From: Takakia lepidozioides
Lineage: Eukaryota > Plantae > Bryophyta
DNA: 64,000 nt
Direction: 5' to 3'
Assembly (NCBI GenBank): GCA_030704615.1
Contig: CM060733.1
Coordinates: 71,114,001 to 71,178,000 of the forward strand
Part shown: positions 52,921-63,094 of the stretch, piece after piece
Numbering within the stretch: the stretch's first letter is position 1
Layout: every line of letters starts with the position of its first letter
Notes under the pieces: generated by a model
Told to the model about the DNA's origin: nothing
Database searches by the model: none
Seen by the model: only the letters and a program-made list of their open reading frames with translations
Position numbers and translations under genes: made by a program

Positions 52921-54182
52921 ATCATGTAGCCCAAAACTACCCATATCACAATGTTCCGTGGCCTTCCAGTAATGGTAGTCGGCAACGACCTAGAAGTTTG
53001 CAGGATCCGTGCCGCTTTCCGACAAAATATTCGACATTATTCCGCGGAGAGCTCCTCTCCAGATGAAGCATTCCCTCTTATAGACGGATTTCCGAGAATG
53101 TAGTCGGCGCCAACCTAAATATTTACATATCCTGCGGAGGAAAGCCAATTATTAACATACAAAAATATATGGAAGTGGGGTGAATTTCCGGAATTCATCA
53201 AGTGTAATGGATCCTCCGGGGATTAGGAAAGGCAACATGGACAGTTGTTTATGCCGTTTCACTGATTGGTCGGCACCGACCAGTCTAATTATCGCCCGGT
53301 ATTTGCTGCGTTGAACAGTTCCGCAGTGAGAATTTGCATCCAAAATCCAGCATATGGAGCACATGGTAGGCTCCGATTCCAGACTTCCAGGAGCACAGAA
53401 AACAGATGGGTATTCCAAGAAACGGCGGGATGAATGTAAGTGACACACCTTATCGATGAAAGTAGTATGGCCGATATGATGAAAGCAATTTGGATGACGC
53501 TCCCTCATCTGTAACATCCATTGGACATACAAGTGTCATTCCAAATTTGAAAATTAGATGTATGTCGGTCAAAAAAACGGCGAACCCATTCGTCTTCCAC
53601 AAAGATTATGGATGTGAGGAGTTCCGATCTGGGGCTCATTCGATGAGCCGTGCATCGAATGAATGTGTGAGTTTCTATCCCCATTTCTGCTCACATGAGC
53701 TAAAAATTCATATCCGCCTAAGAGCCTAGCATTTGGGGGATTTCCATCACAGTGGTTTGCAGGTGGAAGATGCGCAGTCAGTTCCTGGAACCCACAACCC
53801 ATTCTACTTCCATAACTGAGCAACCACACCTTATTGGATTCCCTAGGTTAGGTATGTCAAGTTATAGTCTGTAGCGACTATTACCACATTGTAAGTACAA
53901 AGTGCCAGGTGAGAGGAACTCAGTAGGACTGCATGGTCACAGCGGGGTTGAGAACGAGATGGCAGGTGACAGTTCCTAGCAAGTGGCCTAACACATTAGA
54001 ACAGTTATAGTCTGCAACGACTATAGCAGTTTGGTACAGTGATTGAGCCGCCAAAAAACTGGCACTGTCAGCCCAAACCTGCCCACACAGAATGAGTGAG
54101 GTTCTTGAAGGTTCATCACGATTGAGCTGGATTTCCATGAGGTCGGTCTTGACTAAAAGACCCCGCACTGTGCATTTTGCAG

Positions 54183-55763
54183 TGTAACAAACCGAGGAAA
54201 TGTGTCCACCGAACTTCCCCACAAGCTATTCTACTTCCAGAAGTGCGCAACAACACCTGTCGAGCAGTACCAAACAGCTCTTCCACCAGACGTGTACGAG
54301 AAGTGCTTAAACAAGCGGGATGGGAACTGGATGACTATGCCGCGGGATGCCCTCATATGGGTCAGGAGGGATTCCGCTGAATCAGAAATGCCTGCTTGGA
54401 TGCCCATGCGCACTTACCTCCCATAGTTGAAAACACCGACCTCATCCGGAAGAAGCTTGCGAGCGATTTCCAAGTACATAGAACCAAGTGGTACACCAAA
54501 ATCGCCAAGTATTCTTCTATCTGTGATCCTGCTCTGGGAACTGGGTTTCTGTTCGAAATAACCATGCACTACAAGTCGCTTGCCATGAATCAGAAGCCCG
54601 AAATGACTCTGGAGAAGTTGCAGATGTTGGCCACGAGCGACGTGAGTCCTAAGGAGAAGATTTCATTGTTGAAGCTGTGGAATTCCAACACAATTCTACA
54701 ACAGATCGCGGTAGTTATGACTGCCAAACCGTGGTAGTCATGGTTTTCTTGACTTTGACCATGACTGCACCATGTTTTTATATGAAATTGACCTCCCGCA
54801 GTCGTTCATACGACTGTAGTCATATGCACGACTATCTAAGTAGTCGTCTGACTACATGGCTCCGGAATGGGCGGAAGGCTGGTCAACGGCAATTGACCAG
54901 ATTTAGCTCACCATTCATAGTCATTTCCTTGACTACAGTGTACATGGATGAGGTTACATAGTCATGATGACTACTGGGGATTTTGTAATTTGGTGTGTAT
55001 AATACAATTAAAATACCAAATAATCACATGAATGACTAATGGGTGTATTGGTTAGCAGGTAGTGAACTATAACTCTTATAGTAGAGAGGTTGCAGGTTCA
55101 AACTCCTCTAAGTACAATCAAATGGATAAGATGGCCCTAGGGTTAATAGACGAGCTAGGGATAGCACGTGGTACCCTAGATGGGCTGCCACGTGGTTTTT
55201 TCATTATTATAAAATGCATTATGCCACGTGGCACAATGCGGTGCGACGCGGCGTCTAACATATCTTTTTATTTTTTTAATTTAATTTAATTTAATTTAAT
55301 TTTTTTAAATCAATTGCGCCTCGCCACGTGGCGTGGCAGTGGCGACTGCAGTATGGTATATATGACTGCAGTGAGAGATATCACTTGGTTCATCTGACTG
55401 TAGTCATCTGGACCGTACCATCCTGTACTCATTGTATTCACTTGGTTTGCACGACTTACAGTCATAGAAGTCATATGTACCGTTTATGACTGTAGAATAG
55501 TCATATATACAGTCATAAATACCGCTATCTGTTGTAGTGAAAACTGCGATTTCCCATTGCCCCAACAGATGTCATCTTCGGCATGTGGTGTGACAAAATG
55601 ACATGGTGGTTTAAGGTACAAATCATGCTTTCTTTGCTAAGGCTTTTTGTTTATGTTGATTTCGTAACCCTGCGTTCTGATAAGTATCGTGGACTTGCAG
55701 CAAAAAAAGGAAGCAGAGCGGCAATTCGCCAAGCTGGTTCAGAAAGGGTTCCTGCAGCTCCCA
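54183..55763 (+). pseudogene. ParB-MTase family fragment E, split by a CACTA MITE and cut by the inversion
   Basis: GNVSTELPHKLFYFQKCATTPVEQY..CLNKRDGNWMT; KWYTKIAKYSSICDPALGTGFLFEIT..LKLWN [insertion] FPIAPTD..WCDKMTWWFK; next exon QKKEAERQFAKL from 55701. Confidence 0.88.
54694..55539. mobile_element. 846-bp non-autonomous CACTA (MITE-like)
   Basis: 30-bp TIRs (TT/CA)CTACAACAGAT(C/A)GCGGTA(G/T)TTATGACTG, 26/30. GACTGTAGTC-like subterminal repeats. Flanks CAA and AAA. Interrupts an exon. Confidence 0.88.
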
Positions 55764-57380
55764 ATAGCGTCGACGTTGGCCGGTGGTGCTGCCCGCCGCA
55801 ATCCTCCAAGCCTCTCTCACATGAGCTCTTCATTCCCTTCCAAGGCTCCATGAAGGTTTGCATGAACCTTGGGCTTTTTTCGCGCGCCCCACGGAGGAAG
55901 GTACCATCCTGTCGTTTGTGGAGTCTATCCTCTCTCACCATGTTCCTCACCACATCTTCACTGATGGCGTTGTGGTCCGTGTCCAGCTTAAAAGCAATCT
56001 CGCGGAAATTGAAATTACAATCCAATCCTCTAAGAAGGCAAAATGCATAGAAAATGACAGTCTGCAAGTTCCAATGCCAGTACGAATCCCGTCAGGCAAA
56101 TGTAAATTGCAAGATCTTTCATAGTCGCTGCAGACTATGATTGCATATATACAATGTAAACTATTGGAATATGCCCACAAGCACCACTACATCTTAATAT
56201 TAAACCCCTGTGACATGGTCGTTACCGACCTCAACTCGACTAATAGCCCCTGGCAAGTACCGACTATAACTTCGCAACATCGCAATCTAGAGTCATAGTC
56301 TAGTGTGCCGACTATGTCTCTCAGGTACCCCGTGCCCTCTCCACTACTGTTTGCTATGTATGAGTAGACGAATGCCCTTCCCCGTCCGACAACCCTTAAC
56401 TCCCATGACTACTCAACAACTCATCCATCAGTAGTAGACGTTGCCGACTATGACTCTCAACCACGGCTCTAGAGACATAGTCTGTACCGACTATGTATGT
56501 GCAGACAAAAATTGTCGACTACAATGGTATTTGCCAAAAATAACATAGCAACTACCGACTACCATGGGATCTGCGTAAATCACACACATTTGGCAATACA
56601 TTCCGAAAGCGTTGCAGTGCTCGGTAACTGGACACAACGATGCAAAAGAATTTACAACCATGAGGCACATACGACAGAGCAAAGAAACATAATTAAGGTG
56701 GTTCCACTTACCTGTGGCTGCCCTACTTCTCCAGATTGGAGTGGTACTCGATTGAGGCAAGTCCACTTCTTCTTGACAACTTTGAAGGGTTGATCTCCGA
56801 TGGGCCCACACATCTCCGAATTTCAACCTCTGTCTTAGCATCGCCCTTGCAAAAAATCACAAGGCACCCCTGGTCTTTCAGCAGAGATGATGCCAATGCC
56901 AGTGCATGTGGGAGAGTATCCTTTGCCTTTGCATTCCAACCCGGCACGATGTGATCTTGGCCAACCCCCCTCACAAACTGTCCATCGGGGAGATCCACCA
57001 AAACCAGATCTGCACCTGCTTTTGGAATTGTACCACCCCTAGGAAAAGGCTTCGGAGATCGGTGCCTCTCCAGAAACGCGTCGATTTCTCCCTCGGCTCT
57101 AGCCACTTTTTTGTGGCTGCTTTTGATGCTAGCCTGCAGATGACCAACTGAAACCAGTCGCACTTAAGGCATTATACCTATGTGATTGCAACCCTTTCTC
57201 GCAAAGCTATAGCCTTGTAAATCAGCACCGATGCCAACTGCATAAGCCTGCCCTTATTTGTACCTCCCCATCCGCGTCGACCAGATCTCATCCTTCGCTC
57301 AATCTGGAAATTTTTCAGGGCTTGGGTAAAATGTCTTGCCTCAAGAGGCAAGCTGAACGTCGTACAGGGGACACTCAATT
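55759..57380 (-). pseudogene. ParB-MTase family fragment F (MTase exons; motif I deleted)
   Basis: GADLVLVDLPDG (56984-56995)..VPGWN..LLKDQGCLVIFCKGD. LRGAREKSPRFMQTFME joins directly to ALEGNEEL in another frame. Confidence 0.85.
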
Positions 57381-57649
57381 TTTGACAGGAGAGACCAGTT
57401 AAGTACCTAAACTTGAGGCAAAACCCAAAAGGATAATGTATGCAGGCTGAAATGTGGATAGTCTCTGCATTGCTACTGCTTCACCCCCAAACCATCATGG
57501 CCACAAGTACCAACGCTGAAAACTGAAGCAGAAACGTCATGCATGAGACGATTGCGGGAAGCTACAGTGCATGAATCTACATTGCGGTGTATGTCAATGA
57601 CACTGTGTACATCCTCGCTCACCTCGATCCATGATCACCATGACATCGT

Positions 57650-58267
57650 GCTCATCCGAGAGGGCATGGAAGGCCAGTCAATGTGTACCACAGGGAGTAA
57701 TCATGGAGCAACGGGTACTTCTTGCCAACAGATCGGAGCCTCTTATTGCAATTTGCAAGGCACCAAAAGTAGGCCACAGGCTCCTTCTTGTGGATGCCAC
57801 TCTGACCCAACCAGTGGAGCACGACGATGATAGCTTTTTCTGCGCAGGCATTCTGTCCTGGTACATGTTCTTGGGCTGCCTTCTGCTTTTTGACTTGAAG
57901 ATCGAATGCGCGATTCCAAGCGCAACGGTGCTCCATGATTTCATCCAGAATTGGCTGGTTTCGCAGACGCTTCTGCTCGACTTCGCGGTAGTGAGAGGCC
58001 CGTTTCCACACCTGCGATTGAGGAGGCATTCCTGCACACTTTGAAATGCTTTGCCGAGATAGACAGTCCACTGGAGTGCAAAGCAAGCAGATGAAGGAAG
58101 CAGACGACATTCGGTAATGCGCGGGAACCACCTTGTTTGCCAAAGTGGACAATGGACAAGTCGCACGTAGGGAAATCATGCTTGTGCCTTTTCCAGCACA
58201 TCGGTGGTGACTTGGCATTAGGGGCTCGTCTCACGGTGCATTTTCCACGCCGTATGGTCCATTCCAC
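57650..58267 (-). other. Possible decayed coding fragment of unknown identity inside the CACTA element
   Basis: Overlapping ORFs with protein-like composition; no motif recognised. Confidence 0.25.
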
Positions 58268-58788
58268 ACTTTGTAATTAACATGCAGGAATTATGGTGTT
58301 GGTGAGATATGTAACTAGATTTATTTTATTTTATTTTATTTTATATAAATAAATGAAACAGGGAGGCAGTGGCATGGGACTTTATATGGGGAAAAAAATT
58401 AAACCCCCATGAACGCCATGAGAGTCACACACTGTAGTGCGACCATCTCTTTGTATTTTCGAGGCCAGATTTCGAAGTTCGTGATTTATTTCGTCTGCAG
58501 CGGAGTACTAACTAAACCCATACACCACAATCAATGGAAATAATTGTATGTTCCCATTTCACACAGGTGTGTAACATGCCATGTAAACTAAGCCAACCCC
58601 TGCCACGCTCATGGCTGTTTTCGCACCGTTCTTGCGTGGGGTGTGGACCACATATGAGACACCCCGCAGTTAGGGCATATTTAGACCCACACCTTGGCTC
58701 AGTGTATAGACCCGTGATAAAAGCCGTGGAATGTGCCAGGTGTGAGATGGCAGAGCCGTGGAAAAAGCCGGTTTCTCTTCTAGTGGAC

Positions 58789-59032
58789 AGAGAGGCCCCT
58801 GTGTGCACCATTTCCACACCAGAAAAACAAGGCACAAGGGGGGCTCAAACAGTGTGCGTTGACGCACACTGTTTGAGCTTCCAATTCAGGGTGGATTGAA
58901 CCTGCCTGAGTGGCCCTATGTGGCCGATTTTCATATGAAAAAAACAATGACAAGCTGGGCTCAAACAATGTGCGTTGACGCACACTGTTTGAGCTGCCAG
59001 GTAAGTGTGCATTGAACCTAGCAGACTGGTCC
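58789..59032. repeat. Continuation of the 36-bp palindrome array (2 units)
   Basis: Near-identical to the unit at 25428-25560. Confidence 0.95.
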
Positions 59033-59110
59033 GGGGGCTACTATTTTCATGAGCCATGAGCCATGAGCCATGAGCAGAGTCGTAAGTGTCGAAAAAAACA
59101 TGAGCAGGAC
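59033..59110. mobile_element. Left terminus of another GGGGG/TGAGC-family element inserted in the palindrome array
   Basis: GGGGGCTACTATTTTCATGAGC followed by CATGAGC repeats. The array unit is cut at 59032. Confidence 0.7.
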
Positions 59111-59419
59111 TATTTTCCGGAAATGAGTGTCCGCGGGAATAGGGTTTAGGGTGTCACGGTCATAGGGGGAGAAGGACCTCCCGATGAAGGAGGTTCGGCA
59201 ATGTTTTTTAGAATTACATATTGAAAGGCAATGTTTCGCGAATGGTAGGGTGGTACTGATCTGTACAATGGGGGCCCATTTCAGCCTACCAGCCACTTGC
59301 AAAATCCACCCACACTCCCAATGAGGAATGACGCATTTTGGGAACAATGGATACAGAATAGAACAAAAAGAGGGCACAATGGGGTTTTTATTGATCCACA
59401 TAAATTGCATTTGAAGCAC

Positions 59420-60113
59420 GTCTACTGTGCTGATTGTGCAAACAATTCTTTAGCCCTGTGCCTTCTAAATACAAGCCACGTTGTCAATGGGACTTCGACT
59501 GCTCTGAGAAGTAGCTCATGAGTCTTCGGGCTCCTCCAGGTAAACTGGATTGCAGCCGTTGTACCGCCCCTGTTTATGTTCACCACAATGTCCTACCCTT
59601 CAATCATACCACCATCAAATATGGAAAGCTTCACGTTTTCACCGTCCACACCAATGCGAATGTCCCCATACAATGGAGAAGATGAGCGCACTCCTTCAGG
59701 AGTATAAGTCTCTCCGATGGAGTCCACCCACGTCCACTGGCAGCAGTTCCACCGCAACAGCATAGCAGTGCGCATTCTTCTGCATGGGTGCCCGTCGTAG
59801 CTGGGAAAATCGGAATCAAGGATGCGCAGGAGCCACGGACTCCTCAGACCAAGATCGTCACCCCGCTCGAAGGCGTACTGGCCTGGGAGATACTCAAAAG
59901 CGGACAATGTTTCCACATTCGAACCAGTATCTTCTGTGTAATCTGTGTACCAGATAACGATGTCTCCCGATGTGGCCGAATACATTGCATAATCGATGCC
60001 TCCATAAGGGCAGTCGTCCCGGTTCCGGAAGCACGGCATCCTTGCAAAGGAGGACCTGAGGACGTCTTTGATGCCGATGACAATCACCTTGCGGACAGCA
60101 ACGAAGCCCTTAG
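59420..60113 (-). other. 3' part of an unidentified ORF, interrupted by the LTR element
   Basis: About 170 open codons from 60113 to 59593; the frame stays open past one TAG. Confidence 0.35.
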
Positions 60114-61068
60114 TGTTAGAGGACTGTCTGGGACTTAGACACTTATACGGGATCTGTAGGGTACCCTTAATTTTTGCACAGACTGAGACCAACAGGAGCC
60201 TTAGGGGTGACAGCAGCGCACTTTAGAAGGGGGTTACACAGCCCGTCACAGCCAACACAGCCCGACACAGCCCATCACAGCCAACACAGCCCGTCACAGC
60301 CGACACAGCCACACAGCCAGTCACAGCCCGACACAGCCAAACACAGTCGCACAGCCAGTCACAGCCCGACACAGCCGGTCACAGCCGGTCACAGTTTCAC
60401 ACAGCTGTCACGACCATAGGGAACGGATAGCAGGACAGGGAACGACTGTGGGGAACAACACCTGCGAATGGAACATGTTAGTTCACGGACGACGGTTAGT
60501 GAGGGAAGCGGTTAGATCAACGGGTAGGAAGATAAAACTAGGAGCAAGGACTGAAAGGGGGAGGCGGGAGATCACTTCGGGGTGGGGGACTTCTGCCATC
60601 AGAGCTTGGAAATAGGGGGGAGAGCACATCTCTGAGGGGAAAGATGAAGAGCACGGAGTAGGAGAAGTGACGATCTGTTGTTACTTGATGAATGCAAGCT
60701 ATAGAATTGTAATGTAGAGTAGATTAGAGACACCATGGCTTCAGCCTGATACTTGATAGATATTAATCTGATACACACTTCATACTCACATTGTGTAGAG
60801 AGATCTGAGTGAAGCTGTGGAATGAATGGATGAGTTGTGGAATCCGATAGATTGATGAAGCAAACTGATACTTAATTATCAATAGTAAGGTAGCTAGTTA
60901 ACATGAATGCGGAAAGGAAAACAAATAGGAAACACCCCCATGATACACTAGCTGTAGGTCATGACTGATTGTTCTGAGCGGGCTGAGTACTTAGAGATTT
61001 CCAACTCTTCTATCTTGGAGTTTCCGCCTTGGATAGCGAAGGGATGGGTGAGTAAAAGCCGCGCGACA
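60114..61068 (+). repeat. 5' LTR (955 bp) containing an ACAGCC-type simple repeat
   Basis: TGTTAGAGGACTG..CGACA; repeated from 63095. Confidence 0.9.
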
Positions 61069-61070
61069 TT

Positions 61071-61088
61071 TGGCGACCATACTGGGGA
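61071..61088 (+). promoter_or_regulatory. Primer binding site (tRNA-Arg-like)
   Basis: TGGCGACCATACTGGGGA, 2 nt after the LTR-terminal CA. Confidence 0.7.
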
Positions 61089-61953
61089 ACTGAGTCATGA
61101 ACAACCAGATGTGACAGGCATCTGGTGGGATCATGGTGGTTGGACCATTAAAGAATTTGAAGTGAATCAAATTCCCTGTGGAACGAAGGAAGAAAGATTG
61201 TCCAAACAATTCTTTCAAAGGTTCTTGGAATTGCCAGACGGTTGTAAAGAAAATATTCTTAAGCGAGTGCATGATGCTGATCCGGAATGGGGTCTAGAGA
61301 AAGGAGTGATAAAGATTTATCAGGTAGCAAAGTGAATGTTTATACTCATATGCATGAAGAGCTTGTACTGGTAAAGAATTGGATTCCAAAGGATATTTTG
61401 TGGATCAAACTCACACCAAGAACAGCTTTCCAGACTTGTTTGCCATATGGTTATATGGTAACGGAGACTTCAAGTATAGCCAAGGGTGCATTGAAGCTTG
61501 AAATAAACCCAGGCATATACGAGAGATATTACAGAAGAGAGTTTTGGTTATTGCCACATTAAAAAGAAATGAAAGACATGGGACATGAGTGATGAAAGAG
61601 AAGCTAGACGCCACAGATATTCAGCAAAAAGAGAAAGCTATCTGAAAGCTAATTATCCATATCTTTGGGAGAGAGGAATAGACATAGGGGAGCCATCTGG
61701 ACCTCTCACACCATTAAGATCAAAGAGTACATCACCCATACCGGAAGAACTAGAGTTGGATGCCACTCCTTCTGTTTCTTTGCAAGAAAGATTAAGGGAA
61801 TTGGTACGGGAAGAAGATCAATCACGAGGTGAAAGATCTGAGGTACATCCCTGGATAAAAGATTTGACATAAATCTTTGATAAGAGTTGGCATGGAACAC
61901 CAAAAGCAGGAACTCCAGTTTCTGAAGCGGAAGGTGAAGAAGGAGGAGAGGAT

Positions 61954-63094
61954 GTGGCAGAGCCAACGGAGAGTTCAGACTCTCCAACATCATTGCAGTT
62001 GAGTTACATGAGTGAAGAAGAAACCCAAGGACAGAACTTGGAGGATGAAAACATGGAGAAGAAATTGGAAGAGGAAAATTATGAAGAAGTAGACCCAACA
62101 GCTGAGGTTGAGACTACAACCAGGACATCCCAACCCGTTGGACCTGGATCAAGTGGAGCACTTGGATCACAGGCCAACGAAGGTGTCGGCTCAGGGGGAT
62201 CAGGCGGGCGGCCTGGATCTGGCTCTGGGGGGACAGGGAGTGTGGGAAGTAGTGCAACTGAAGCTGGGAATACTGTGAATATCGTTGGGCCAGTAGCAGC
62301 GAGTGCTCAAGGGCCACCACTTGGTGGAAGATCCACCACAAAAACAACAGGTCCAGAAGGACCAGCACCAGCAAGGGTGCCAGCACCTATCAGTGGGCAG
62401 AAGGTAGGGCCACAGATGGCGTTACAACCAACACGGGCAAAACCACCCTTTCCAATATATTCAGGAAAAGGGGATCCCGATGTACACATTAGCCAATTTG
62501 AGCACATGTGTATAGTGAACAATGAGAATGGCGATGATGCCAAGATGAGATTGTTTCCTTGTTCACTTATCAAGAAAGCAAGTGAATAGTATGCAAGATT
62601 CTCTGATAATCATTTCCTAACCTGGAATGGCTTGAATACAGCATTTCGAAATAGGTTCAGGACAAGTAAAACTGAGGATGAAGTGTATGGAAGTTTACAA
62701 CAGTTAAAGCAAAAGAAGCATGAAACTGTTGAGGAGTATATGGAAAAGATGGAATTGATGATGAAAAAGCTGGCTGTAGTACCACCACCCGGTTTACAGA
62801 AGACTTGGTTTGTGAGTGGACTAAGACCAGAGTTGCAAAAGAAAGTGGATATGTTACCCCATAATACAGTGGAGGAGGCATTTGAAACTGCAAACAGAAT
62901 TGAGCAATTGGGAATGCTCAGGAGAGAGAAAATGGATGATGAGGACTCTGAGGATGAGTCAGATGAAGAAGAAGAGCAAGAACTAAAAAGGAAGAGTAAG
63001 AGAAATGAGAAGTTGAAGAGGGATAACTATGAAAAAAGATTGGAAGAAATCTTGAAGAAGTATGCCACAGAGGCTGTAACACATTGGAGGAAGG
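61954..63094 (+). pseudogene. Retrotransposon gag with an in-frame stop, truncated
   Basis: YSGKGDPDVHISQFE..MRLFPCSLIKKASE*Y..LQQLKQKKHETVEEY..WFVSGLRPEL. Confidence 0.9.

Larger units (their letters stand above)
38975..56562. repeat. Dispersed 16-bp palindrome family WAGTC[G/T]G-(CA/TG)-C[C/A]GACTW, roughly 45-50 copies including degenerate ones (counted by eye)
   Basis: Examples at 39021, 39066, 39133, 40560, 45226, 45309, 47022, 47852, 49451, 49635, 54008, 56122 and 56478. Almost all lie in introns or intergenic DNA. Confidence 0.9.
26127..58785 (-). mobile_element. 32.7-kb CACTA (En/Spm) element with nested insertions
   Basis: TIRs CACTAGAAGAGAAACCGGCTTTTTCCA(T/C)GGCTCT at 26127-26160 and 58752-58785 (33/34 identical). 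TSD GAC at 26124-26126 and 58786-58788. Removing the element restores one array unit. Contains TnpD and TnpA. Confidence 0.97.

Noticed and set aside
53100-53830. Possible coding remnant
   Set aside because: Stops occur in all frames and no family was recognisable.
15669-55539. Pairing the CACTA end at 15669 with the TAGTG end at 55539
   Set aside because: Only 10 bp are shared and the flanks differ (ATC vs AAA). The 55539 end pairs over 30 bp with 54694.
38975-56562. True bacterial parS sites
   Set aside because: Length and symmetry match, but the sequence does not resemble TGTTNCACGTGAAACA. Kept only as an analogy.
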